In this document: positions 47,161-55,583 of the stretch, in pieces
Numbering within the stretch: the first letter of the stretch is position 1
How the letters are laid out: each line of letters begins with the position of its first letter
Source: Minisyncoccota bacterium
GTDB lineage: Bacteria > Patescibacteriota > Minisyncoccia > Phycocordibacterales > JABAAK01
Assembly: GCA_965216295.1 (NCBI GenBank)
Contig: OZ244141.1
Span: forward strand, 295,671-359,670
Direction: 5' to 3'
Length of the DNA stretch: 64,000 bases
The notes under the pieces: model-generated
Told to the model about the DNA's origin: nothing
The model's database searches: none
The model's input: the letters and a program-made list of their open reading frames with translations, nothing else
Translations under genes and position numbers: made by a program

Positions 47161-49332
47161 ATGTATTTAAAAGAAGTAACACTCAAAGGATTTAAATCAT
47201 TTGCTTCAGCGTTAACATTGAAGTTTCCCACACAGATAACGGCGATTGTAGGACCAAATGGTTCTGGGAAATCAAACATTACTGAGGCATTTCGATTTGT
47301 GTTAGGTGAACAATCTATGAAAATGCTCCGGAGTCGACGAGGTGGTGACCTTATCTTCAATGGTGGTGTTGGACGAACAAAGAGTAGTAAGGCAGAAGTT
47401 ACCATGGTGTTTGATAACTCAAACAACTTATTTGGTGATACGTTTCGTGAGGTTATTCTCAAACGAATTGTTCATCGAGATGGGAGTAATGAGTACTACA
47501 ACAACGATACGCAGGTACGGCACCGTGATGTGGTTGAATTGCTTGCAAAGGCAAATATTGGGGCAACTGGGCACCATATTATCTCGCAAGGGCAGGCAGA
47601 CCGTATTTTGAATGCAACACTTGAAGAAAGGCGAGAGATGATTGAAGACGGGTTAGGGCTGAAGTTACTACAGTACTGTAAAGGAGAGGCGGAAAAGAAA
47701 ATACAAAAAACAGAGAGAAATCTGGAACGGGTTGAATCACTCCAGCGGGAACTTGCTCCTCATATGAAATACTTGAAGAGGCAGTCTGATCAGTATGAGA
47801 AGGCACAAACACTTCGAGATTCTTTGACTAAAGAGTATGCGGTGTATTTGGCACATGAACAGGCACGATTGGTTGCAGGGAAGAGTGTGGTTGAAAAAGA
47901 AGCGAAAGCATTACAAGCAAAGATTGCTAGTGTTGATAGTGCGATTGATACAGAAAAACAGGGTACGAAAGATAGTACACGGGCAAAAACCTTTAAAGAT
48001 AACGCGACGTCTATTCGTGATGCATTAGCTGATATTGTTGCGAAGAAAGATGAACTCTCTCGTGCTGTTGGAAGAATTGAAGGGCAGCGTGATGCACATG
48101 AAGTGCGAGGAGACAGTGGTGATGGTGGTGTTCCTAAACATGAACTTCAAAAACTCTACACAAACATACAAGAGCGGTTTCATATGGCTGAAACGATTGA
48201 TGAGTATAAAGGGATTGTGACGGCGGTATTAGATCGTTTACAGAAGGTGTTGAGTGGTAGTGGTACTGCACCGCAATCATCTGAGTCAATAGAGAAGGAG
48301 TATGAGAAAAAGAAAGAAGAACTTGATGCGGTGGTAGCGCAAGAGAAAGAGTATATTCAAAAACAGGAAGCACTTCTCCAGGAGCAAGAGGTAATCATTC
48401 AATCGGCAAAGACATCTGAGCAGGCGTTGTTGAAATTGGTGACTGAAAAGAATGGGTTTGAACAAGCACTCGCAGAGGTACGGCATACAACGGAATTGTT
48501 TCAGCAAGATACTGAAGAGTTGCAACGGGAGATTACTGAAGGAAAAGCCCTTATCGGCAACCGTGTCAATGATTACAAAGAGATGTCTGTTACGATAACC
48601 GGTGATGTTACAGCGGTGAGGAAAGAACAACGAGAACGACGCCGAGATTTAGAACGAAAGAAAATTCAGTTAGAATCATTAGAAGGGACGGGGTGTAACC
48701 AAGGGGTGTACAAGGAGTATGAACGTCTCCAAGAACGAGATGCATTTTTACAAAAAGAAAAAGATGATATTCGAAAGGGTATTGCAGATTTAGAAGATAC
48801 TATTAAAACACTCCAGAGAGATATTGATACTCGCTTTAAAAGTGGTATGCGAGCAATTAATACTGAGTTTGGGAAATTCTATAAGACACTCTTTGGTGGG
48901 GGAAAGGCACGGGTTGAAACGGTGACGATAGAGCCACGGAAAGTGGCTGATGACGATGATACAGAGGTAGAAAAGGCTGTTGGTGTTGATATTCGTGTTT
49001 CACTGCCACATAAAAAGATAACTGATCTTGAACAACTCTCAGGTGGTGAACGGGCACTTATCTCCATTGCACTCCTCTTTGCTATCTCACAGGTAACACC
49101 ACCACCATTTTTGATACTTGATGAGACTGATGCAGCACTTGATGAGTCAAACTCACGACGGTATGGAGAGATGATCAAGGCACTATCAAAGAAATCACAG
49201 TTGATTCTCATTACCCACAATCGTGAGACTATGTATGCAGCAGGAGCACTCTATGGTATTACTATGGACTCTATGGGTGCTTCAACCATTCTCTCTATCA
49301 AATTCGATGAAGCAGTACAAGTGGCAAAGTAA
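47161..49332 (+). CDS. smc: SMC-family chromosome segregation ATPase, unusually short (723 aa), no recognisable hinge
   Basis: N-terminus LKGFKSFASALTLKFPTQITAIVGPNGSGKSNITEAFRFVLGEQS, ABC signature LSGGERALISIALLFAI, and Walker B LILDETDAALD. Coiled-coil-like middle. Starts 4 nt after rnc. Confidence 0.75.
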   Translation: MYLKEVTLKGFKSFASALTLKFPTQITAIVGPNGSGKSNITEAFRFVLGEQSMKMLRSRRGGDLIFNGGVGRTKSSKAEVTMVFDNSNNLFGDTFREVILKRIVHRDGSNEYYNNDTQVRHRDVVELLAKANIGATGHHIISQGQADRILNATLEERREMIEDGLGLKLLQYCKGEAEKKIQKTERNLERVESLQRELAPHMKYLKRQSDQYEKAQTLRDSLTKEYAVYLAHEQARLVAGKSVVEKEAKALQAKIASVDSAIDTEKQGTKDSTRAKTFKDNATSIRDALADIVAKKDELSRAVGRIEGQRDAHEVRGDSGDGGVPKHELQKLYTNIQERFHMAETIDEYKGIVTAVLDRLQKVLSGSGTAPQSSESIEKEYEKKKEELDAVVAQEKEYIQKQEALLQEQEVIIQSAKTSEQALLKLVTEKNGFEQALAEVRHTTELFQQDTEELQREITEGKALIGNRVNDYKEMSVTITGDVTAVRKEQRERRRDLERKKIQLESLEGTGCNQGVYKEYERLQERDAFLQKEKDDIRKGIADLEDTIKTLQRDIDTRFKSGMRAINTEFGKFYKTLFGGGKARVETVTIEPRKVADDDDTEVEKAVGVDIRVSLPHKKITDLEQLSGGERALISIALLFAISQVTPPPFLILDETDAALDESNSRRYGEMIKALSKKSQLILITHNRETMYAAGALYGITMDSMGASTILSIKFDEAVQVAK

Positions 49333-49334
49333 CT

Positions 49335-49742
49335 ATGAAACAAAAGGTACGGAAAAGTAAGTATGACGTACGGATTGGTCGCTCTGCGAGTGGGCAGGGT
49401 CTATTTACAAAAGCACCTATTCGAAAAGGGGACTTTGTGATTGAATACCATGGACCTATTATTTCACGTGAACGGGCAGATGCGATGGGAGGGCGGTATC
49501 TCTTTGAAGTGAGTGAACGGAAGGTTATCAATGGTTCGGTGAGGTACAACCTAGCACGCTATATCAATCATTCCTGTCGTCCAAACTGTGAGACTGATGT
49601 GGTGCGTGGGAAGGTGTATATCTATGCGAGACGCAATATTCGTATGGATGAGGAGTTACACTACGATTACGGTAAAGAGTACTTTGAAGAGTTTATTGAG
49701 CCTGCTGGGTGTCAGTGTGAGAAGTGTGCGGGTCGTCGGTAA
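49335..49742 (+). CDS. SET-domain protein (putative protein lysine methyltransferase)
   Basis: 135 aa with RYINHSCRPNCE (the NHSCxPN motif), DEELHYDYG (the ELxxDY motif), and a Cys-rich post-SET CQCEKCAG. Starts 3 nt after the smc stop. Confidence 0.75.
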   Translation: MKQKVRKSKYDVRIGRSASGQGLFTKAPIRKGDFVIEYHGPIISRERADAMGGRYLFEVSERKVINGSVRYNLARYINHSCRPNCETDVVRGKVYIYARRNIRMDEELHYDYGKEYFEEFIEPAGCQCEKCAGRR

Positions 49743-51132
49743 GGAGGTCTGTTTTATAAATTTCTTTTTGTGTTACATATTCTTTGAAAACTTTAAAAAA
49801 ACTTTTTGCCATCTGTTCGTAATAATTTTTGTCATATAAATTTTCATATTCATATTCTTTAGGAAAAGATTCACAGTATTCTCTAGACAAGACATCTTCT
49901 TGTTTTTTTAGTACAGAATCGTTTGATTGATTTTTTTGAAGTTGAAAGGTTTCATGCAACATGTAAGCACCGATATTTTCTAAATTGTGTATAGCATAAA
50001 AATTTTTATGACAAAGCACTGTTTTTTCTATTAAATATTTTTCTGCTGAATCAATAGCAGCAAGGAATTTTTCTTTATCATTATTAAAGATATGCAATAA
50101 AATTTCCATCATGAGATCAATGTTTGTTTTATTTGTTGCTTCTTGTGTGTTATGTTGCAAGACGTTAAGACTGAATGAAGGAAATTTTTGAAGTGTAAAA
50201 AGGTTTCTTAGATTTATTACTTTCATAGGAATAGCAGATTTTACAAAAAGAGCAATTATAAATTGAACTTCGTCATTCAATGGCTGTGGCGTTTGATTCA
50301 TTATTTCGGTATTACAATGTCCTAATACTATCTCTTGAAGTTTATTTAATACTTCTTTTTCTATATTGTATTGATATGGTTCTTTGGAGAAAAATTTATT
50401 TATATATCCATTAAAATCAGTTTCATTTCCATATATATGATGATAGACTTTTTCAAGATTATTAAAATCACCAACGAATATCACTCTATCAAAACCAAAT
50501 TTATTCTTTTCATCATCTTGCAAAGGAGAAAAGGCATTTAGTATTTTAAACGCATGTTTTGGTTCAAGGCGATCTAAATCATCTAATATCAAAATGTTTT
50601 CTTTAGCAAGATCCATTTTATCTTCTCTACCATCTTTTACTTCTTTCAATGCTTCAGAGATGAAATTTTCCAAACAACTATTATGTATTTTTTTTACAGT
50701 ACTTTGGACTTCTGAGTTTTCTCCATTTAAAAGTTTTTTAATGGTTTCAATAGTTTGTGATTTAATACCAACCAAAGATCCAAAACATTTTATTATAAGA
50801 TCTTTTGCATTTTTTAATTTTATTTTTCCATTTTCATCTTTTAAGAATTTATTAATGATAGGCTCGTGTTGCTCTGCTAGTTGTACAAATAAATCAGCTG
50901 CTATAACTTCTAGTATATCAACATCATTGTGTACTTGATATTTAACTGGGTATAAATGAAATGTATTATATTTTTCAGAATTAGCTCTAAAAAATTCATT
51001 TAAAAAGTATGTTTTTCCCATACCAAACGATGCACTAAAGAATATTCTTTTATTACTTTTTAATTCAATAAAAGTATTAAATCCCTCATTTTTAGTTTCT
51101 GTAGATATTATTGTTTTATCCATGTGTAGCAT
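49693..51132 (-). CDS. KAP-like P-loop NTPase, hypothetical
   Basis: 479 aa with Walker A FFSASFGMGKTYFL and Walker B ILILDDLDRL (the hhhhDDLDR type typical of KAP NTPases). The C-terminal 16 codons run through the left direct repeat into the antisense strand of the SET 3' end. Confidence 0.5.
   Translation of the reverse strand: MLHMDKTIISTETKNEGFNTFIELKSNKRIFFSASFGMGKTYFLNEFFRANSEKYNTFHLYPVKYQVHNDVDILEVIAADLFVQLAEQHEPIINKFLKDENGKIKLKNAKDLIIKCFGSLVGIKSQTIETIKKLLNGENSEVQSTVKKIHNSCLENFISEALKEVKDGREDKMDLAKENILILDDLDRLEPKHAFKILNAFSPLQDDEKNKFGFDRVIFVGDFNNLEKVYHHIYGNETDFNGYINKFFSKEPYQYNIEKEVLNKLQEIVLGHCNTEIMNQTPQPLNDEVQFIIALFVKSAIPMKVINLRNLFTLQKFPSFSLNVLQHNTQEATNKTNIDLMMEILLHIFNNDKEKFLAAIDSAEKYLIEKTVLCHKNFYAIHNLENIGAYMLHETFQLQKNQSNDSVLKKQEDVLSREYCESFPKEYEYENLYDKNYYEQMAKSFFKVFKEYVTQKEIYKTDLLTDDPHTSHTDTQQAQ
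49725..49741. repeat. direct repeat copy 1 (TGTGCGGGTCGTCGGTA) at the 3' end of the SET gene; att-like
   Basis: The identical 17-mer recurs at 52986..53002. Flanking similarity extends to about 22 bp with 2 mismatches. Confidence 0.85.
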
Positions 51133-51230
51133 TCTAACATATTAATGAAAAAATAAAATTATCATGAAGAAGGATAAAACTAAGGTTTTAAAACGTTACA
51201 AACAAATAGTTTGTAAAAATTTACTTAAGA

Positions 51231-52010
51231 TTGTATAATAAAAAGATGAACAAAAATAAAACTTTATTTTTCTCCAATCAATGGTTGAATTTTTCTAAAT
51301 TTATTTATGATGTTTTCTCAAAAACACTATTAATTGCGGCATTTATTACACTTATATATTTTCTATTTAAAGGATATTGGATAGAAGTCGGATTATTATT
51401 ATTATTTTCAATATTGATAGCACCAATTATTGAATTTCTGTTAGAAGAAATATTTCGTGTTACATTTTTTACTAAGAAAGAAAGGGTTCTTATGACTAAT
51501 TTTTCTAAGGATAATAACCTAAATGTTGATTCTGTAATGAGTCTTTATGCATCAGGAGCAAAAGACGACATGAAAACATTTTCTGAAAAAACTCAATTAT
51601 TTAAAATGCTATCTCCAGAAAAAAAAGGACTTTCGGCAGTGTTTGGTATTGCGCCTACGATGCTTATTAGTTTATTTGCATATGCAGGATTACTTAGTTA
51701 TTTTTCTACAGGGAATATATATAGTGGAATAGACATCAATTATTTAAACTACGCTTCAATATTGATATTATATCTTGCAGTCGATGTTAGAATTTTACTT
51801 GTTGAAATATATTTTTCCCGACAGCTTAGTGTAACTCCATATGAACAATTTATATTGCCTTTTAAAATAATTACAATACTGCTTTTATGTCTTTTTTTAT
51901 TTTTAAACATTAACTTATCTTATACATTAATATTCAGTGTCGGATTACCATTAATTTTTATATTTTCTATAATAATGTTTTATGGTATTGCGAAAAAGAA
52001 AGATTTGTAA
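51231..52010 (+). CDS. polytopic membrane protein, hypothetical
   Basis: 259 aa with several hydrophobic helices. AT-rich, inside the repeat-bounded segment. Confidence 0.45.
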   Translation: MYNKKMNKNKTLFFSNQWLNFSKFIYDVFSKTLLIAAFITLIYFLFKGYWIEVGLLLLFSILIAPIIEFLLEEIFRVTFFTKKERVLMTNFSKDNNLNVDSVMSLYASGAKDDMKTFSEKTQLFKMLSPEKKGLSAVFGIAPTMLISLFAYAGLLSYFSTGNIYSGIDINYLNYASILILYLAVDVRILLVEIYFSRQLSVTPYEQFILPFKIITILLLCLFLFLNINLSYTLIFSVGLPLIFIFSIIMFYGIAKKKDL

Positions 52011-52309
52011 GTAAGGGTGGAAAATTTATCAAGTGACGCACGGAAAACGAGAAAATCGTTTTTTAAAGTTTTATTCTGTATCTTTGTTGTTAAGTATTAT
52101 ATATTATTTTATATTTTTAACTACGAAGTAGTAGGGAAGAGCATCAAAGAAATTTTTTACTGTTTTTATTTTTGAAAGAGAATGAGGATATAGGTAGAAA
52201 ATCTTTACTAAACATAGTCAACATCGTATCACCTTTTTAATAATCAGTAAAAGGGTAATGAAAACAAATATTAAATCTGATACTAAAATAAGAAATGACA
52301 ATAATATTA

Positions 52310-52954
52310 TTATTTTTTATTTAAATATAAATCTCTTAAATATATGCCACCTATTTCAACAAATTCATTAGCAAAATCATACATTCCATTTTCATATGCG
52401 TAATTTTTCAGTAACACAATAACCTCACTATTACTTTGTATGAATTCTTTCATTGTTTTGAAAGAGCATTCCTGTATATCATATTTACTATCAAAATGTT
52501 GCCCTTCAAATTGTTTAAATAAGAAATCTTTTTCTTTCAATATCATTTTTTTAAGACCACTATTTTCTAATTTAGTTAACCCCAATTCTGTAAGAGCGGA
52601 AGGGGATTGTGATTTAACATTTATTGGAAACTTATCTTCTAAAACTCCTTGTGCTTTTATAATGCTACATCGTGAATCTTCAGGCAAAATACCGACATTT
52701 TTATTAGTTAATGCCTTACATATTAGTTTCAATGGGGAACTCAAATTTTCTCCCAATGATTGAAGATCTTTAGGTGTATCAAGTAATTTTTTAATTTTTT
52801 TCCCAACACCCGAAAAAAGACCTAAAACAATCCCCAAGGCAATTATCGTGGTAGATATGGTAGAAACAATATTAAGAATTTCTATCCAATTCATATTCAT
52901 AAGTATTATAACAAAATTAATAATATTTTGCAAAATCACTACTATTTCTATCAT
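52310..52954 (-). CDS. membrane-anchored hypothetical protein
   Basis: 214 aa. One or two N-terminal TM helices, then a soluble domain with no recognisable motifs. Confidence 0.4.
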   Translation of the reverse strand: MIEIVVILQNIINFVIILMNMNWIEILNIVSTISTTIIALGIVLGLFSGVGKKIKKLLDTPKDLQSLGENLSSPLKLICKALTNKNVGILPEDSRCSIIKAQGVLEDKFPINVKSQSPSALTELGLTKLENSGLKKMILKEKDFLFKQFEGQHFDSKYDIQECSFKTMKEFIQSNSEVIVLLKNYAYENGMYDFANEFVEIGGIYLRDLYLNKK

Positions 52955-52985
52955 ATCTGCAATATATCAATCAAAATACTATAAT

Positions 52986-53002
52986 TGTGCGGGTCGTCGG
53001 TA
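52986..53002. repeat. direct repeat copy 2 (TGTGCGGGTCGTCGGTA)
   Basis: Identical to 49725..49741. In-frame it reads C-A-G-R-R-stop, as does the SET gene end. Confidence 0.85.
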
Positions 53003-53072
53003 GGGATGAAAGTAAAAAATTATTAAAATCCACAAAAAGAAAAATAGAGAAGGAAATAGAAAACGCACAGCA

Positions 53073-53104
53073 GTAGAAAGAATCGAACTCTCGTTTCGTG
53101 CTTG
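53073..53104 (-). repeat. partial tRNA-Gly copy (T-arm to anticodon-stem segment), 29 of 32 identities to the tRNA-Gly gene at 54035..54066
   Basis: gtagaaagaatcgaactctcgtttcgtgcttg here versus gtagggagaatcgaactcccgtttcgtgcttg in the gene. Same orientation. Lacks the acceptor 3' end. Confidence 0.7.
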
Positions 53105-53152
53105 ATTTGTACACATTGATATTTTTAATATCATAAATTATAATAACTACAT

Positions 53153-53359
53153 ATGAATAACTACTTTGAAATGTATTTCAACAGGATGTTTAAGAAAAAA
53201 AATCTATTGAAAGTATGGTTTGATAGTGGTAGTTTTTGGAAAAAAGTTTTTGCTGTTATTGGGCTTTTTGCATGTTATACATCATATGTACTCTTTGCGC
53301 TCTTTATAGTCTATAAAGTATCATATTGGATATCAGTGTACATATATTCACGATATTAA
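53153..53359 (+). CDS. small membrane protein, hypothetical
   Basis: 68 aa with one TM (VFAVIGLFACYTSYVLFALFIV). AT-rich. Confidence 0.3.
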   Translation: MNNYFEMYFNRMFKKKNLLKVWFDSGSFWKKVFAVIGLFACYTSYVLFALFIVYKVSYWISVYIYSRY

Positions 53360-53443
53360 GGTGGAGCAAAATACGGAAAGTGTGTAGAGATTGATAGGGT
53401 AGTGAGAATATATTTTTAAAATAAAAATCTTATTTTATTTCAA

Positions 53444-53986
53444 TTATGGAAAAATATTGAAAAATACAAGAACCAAAAGTAGCGAAGGGGATAGTAAAAG
53501 AGAGGTAAATAGAAAGTCTTTACTCAACAAGGTGGTAAAAAAATTTGAATCTTTCGCGAGTGGTTCACCATATTTATTTTTATCTGCATCACCTTTTTTA
53601 AAACATAACCAAAGAATAAAAAGAATATATATTATACATGAACTTGAATAAATTAAACTAGTAAAAGGAACCTCTATTTCATGAAATCTATTTTCCTGAA
53701 TTATAGCCAGTGGCAATTCTAAGACGATATACATTGGTAAAAAGATTAATATCCACCAACCACTTGCATTAAAATCATGCAATCTTTTAACCATAAAGAT
53801 TGTTAAAATAAAAGCTATAATGAATACGAAAAAATAGTCTAAAAAATAGTCTAAAACACTAGGAGGTTGAAAAAATTGACGACCGTACAAGTTTAATAAA
53901 AAAGGAACAGAAAAAAATATCATTAAAGACATCCCGATCCCAAAAATATAAAATTTTCTATTTATTCTATCATTAATTTTTTCCAT
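53444..53986 (-). CDS. DUF805-family inner membrane protein
   Basis: 180 aa with the RLHDFNASGWWIL motif characteristic of DUF805 (YhaH-like) proteins, and multiple TM helices. Confidence 0.6.
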   Translation of the reverse strand: MEKINDRINRKFYIFGIGMSLMIFFSVPFLLNLYGRQFFQPPSVLDYFLDYFFVFIIAFILTIFMVKRLHDFNASGWWILIFLPMYIVLELPLAIIQENRFHEIEVPFTSLIYSSSCIIYILFILWLCFKKGDADKNKYGEPLAKDSNFFTTLLSKDFLFTSLLLSPSLLLVLVFFNIFP

Positions 53987-54026
53987 ATAACGTTATTACT
54001 ATTATACCTATCGTTTAATTTCTAAA

Positions 54027-54100
54027 TGGTGCGGGTAGGGAGAATCGAACTCCCGTTTCGTGCTTGGGAAGCACGCGTCATACCACTAAACTATACCCGC
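54027..54100 (-). tRNA. tRNA-Gly (anticodon CCC), CCA encoded
   Basis: Reverse complement gives GCGGGTA-TA-GTTTAGTGGTATGAC-G-CGTGC-TTCCCAA-GCACG-AAAC-GGGAGTTCGATTCTCCC-TACCCGC-A-CCA. Confidence 0.8.
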
Positions 54101-54166
54101 AGATACTGAATCAGACATGTCGCACAATATACCTTTTGCGACATATATGCTCATATCATTTAGACA

Positions 54167-54904
54167 CTACAATGTGTACTTACACAAACGAGTATCCATA
54201 ACACCAAGACGATCAATGTGTCGTTCTGCTTCTTCTGCTTTGTCAAAGATGGTAACTAATGAAAGATCTCGTGGACTAATCGTTTTATGCTTCTTTGCAA
54301 ATTCTTCTTCCAAAATAGCGTAGATAGGATCCCAGTACTCTTTACCCATCAAGATAATAGGAACAATCTCTGCTTGTTTAGTTTGAATTAAGGTTAATAG
54401 CTCAAAGAGTTCATCAAGTGTCCCAAAACCACCCGGGAAGAATATATATACCTCTGAGGCACACGATAAGATGGTTTTACGAATAAAAAAATGATCAAAA
54501 GTAATACTTCTATTAACAAACTTGTTCACTTCCTGTTCCTCTGGAAGAAGGATGTTGACACCAGCAGAATCACCTTGGACGAGATAGGCACCACGATTAG
54601 CCGCCCGCATAATGCCTCCAGCACCTCCGGTAATAATGGAAAACCCCTTTTTGGCAAGCATTGCTGCCAACTTCTCTGCTTCTTCATAGTAACGGTTATC
54701 TAAGGACTCACGAGCTGATCCAAAAAATGACGCTGAGAGTTCATAACGGCGTAGAAAAAGAAGACCACGGAAAAATTCAAAAAAGACAAAAAGGGAAATT
54801 TTCATAACACGGAAAAAACTAATACTCGGTGGCCTAGAAAAACCAATTTTCTTTTTTCCATATTGTGGGGGTGTCTCATTAAAATGTTTTGTGGGTAGAG
54901 ACAT
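54167..54904 (-). CDS. LOG-family protein (cytokinin riboside 5'-monophosphate phosphoribohydrolase-like); true start probably internal, near 54805
   Basis: GGAGGIMRAANRGA and PGGFGTLDELFE motifs of the LOG/TIGR00730 family. The N-terminal extension in the ORF track is hydrophobic and dubious. Confidence 0.65.
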   Translation of the reverse strand: MSLPTKHFNETPPQYGKKKIGFSRPPSISFFRVMKISLFVFFEFFRGLLFLRRYELSASFFGSARESLDNRYYEEAEKLAAMLAKKGFSIITGGAGGIMRAANRGAYLVQGDSAGVNILLPEEQEVNKFVNRSITFDHFFIRKTILSCASEVYIFFPGGFGTLDELFELLTLIQTKQAEIVPIILMGKEYWDPIYAILEEEFAKKHKTISPRDLSLVTIFDKAEEAERHIDRLGVMDTRLCKYTL

Positions 54905-54962
54905 ATGCTAGTTAAATGAACCAAACAGTAACAGTAGCAGTATAGCAAAGATTTTACTCCTT

Positions 54963-55271
54963 TTATAAACAACTTTTCGCAATTGTGTACCCCGCTTCCT
55001 TTGCTATATCTGCCGTATCAAACCATATCTTGTTCTCTTCAATAATGCGCGATCCTGCCTCACACCACCATGGATAGTACCGTGTTCCGTTTTTAGAGAC
55101 ATAAACACGATTTGTGACCTCATATTCAACGGTAATTGGCTCAAGTGTTACATCTGCTGTTTTTTCAACAGGAGTTAAGAGTGCAAACGTAAATAATCCT
55201 CCAAGAAAGAAACCACCAATTCCTGCTGTTGCTATCGCAAACGCTGCATATGTCTTGACCTTGAAAACCAT
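54963..55271 (-). CDS. membrane-anchored protein with Ada-like Zn-binding-domain pattern, hypothetical
   Basis: 102 aa with an N-terminal TM. The pattern [21 protein letters not shown]...[18 protein letters not shown] resembles the Ada metal-binding domain. Weak call. Confidence 0.35.
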   Translation of the reverse strand: MVFKVKTYAAFAIATAGIGGFFLGGLFTFALLTPVEKTADVTLEPITVEYEVTNRVYVSKNGTRYYPWWCEAGSRIIEENKIWFDTADIAKEAGYTIAKSCL

Positions 55272-55298
55272 ACGTATCTACTATATACTAATCATACT

Positions 55299-55583
55299 AT
55301 GGCACATAGAAAGGCTGGTGGTTCAGCAAAAAGTTTACGAGACTCAAAACCAAAATATCTTGGGGTTAAAAAAGGTAATGGTCAACCAGTACAAACTGGT
55401 CAAATCATTGTTCGACAACGAGGAACCAAGCAAATGGCAGGAGAAGGTGTTGGAGTAGGAAAAGATCACACTCTCTTTTCTCGTGTTAATGGAACAGTTG
55501 TTGTTACCCAGAAAAGAAAAACAGACTTTACTGGTAAAACAAGAAACCGCGTATTTGTCAGTGTCAAAAAGCAAAATGGCTAG
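55299..55583 (+). CDS. rpmA: 50S ribosomal protein bL27
   Basis: [44 protein letters not shown]...GKDHTLFS is the canonical bL27 pattern. Confidence 0.9.
   Translation: MAHRKAGGSAKSLRDSKPKYLGVKKGNGQPVQTGQIIVRQRGTKQMAGEGVGVGKDHTLFSRVNGTVVVTQKRKTDFTGKTRNRVFVSVKKQNG

Larger units (their letters stand above)
49742..53002. mobile_element. putative integrated element or remnant (about 3.26 kb) bounded by 17-bp direct repeats, inserted at the 3' end of the SET gene
   Basis: AT-rich interior. Both repeat copies encode the same terminal peptide CAGRR plus a stop in the SET frame, the classic 3'-end-reconstituting integration pattern. No integrase or transposase was recognised inside. Confidence 0.5.

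Noticed and set aside
49742-54026. Integrase or transposase inside the repeat-bounded elements
   Set aside because: None of the ORFs shows tyrosine-recombinase (R..H..R..Y), serine-recombinase or DDE motifs. The elements are described as remnants or non-autonomous.
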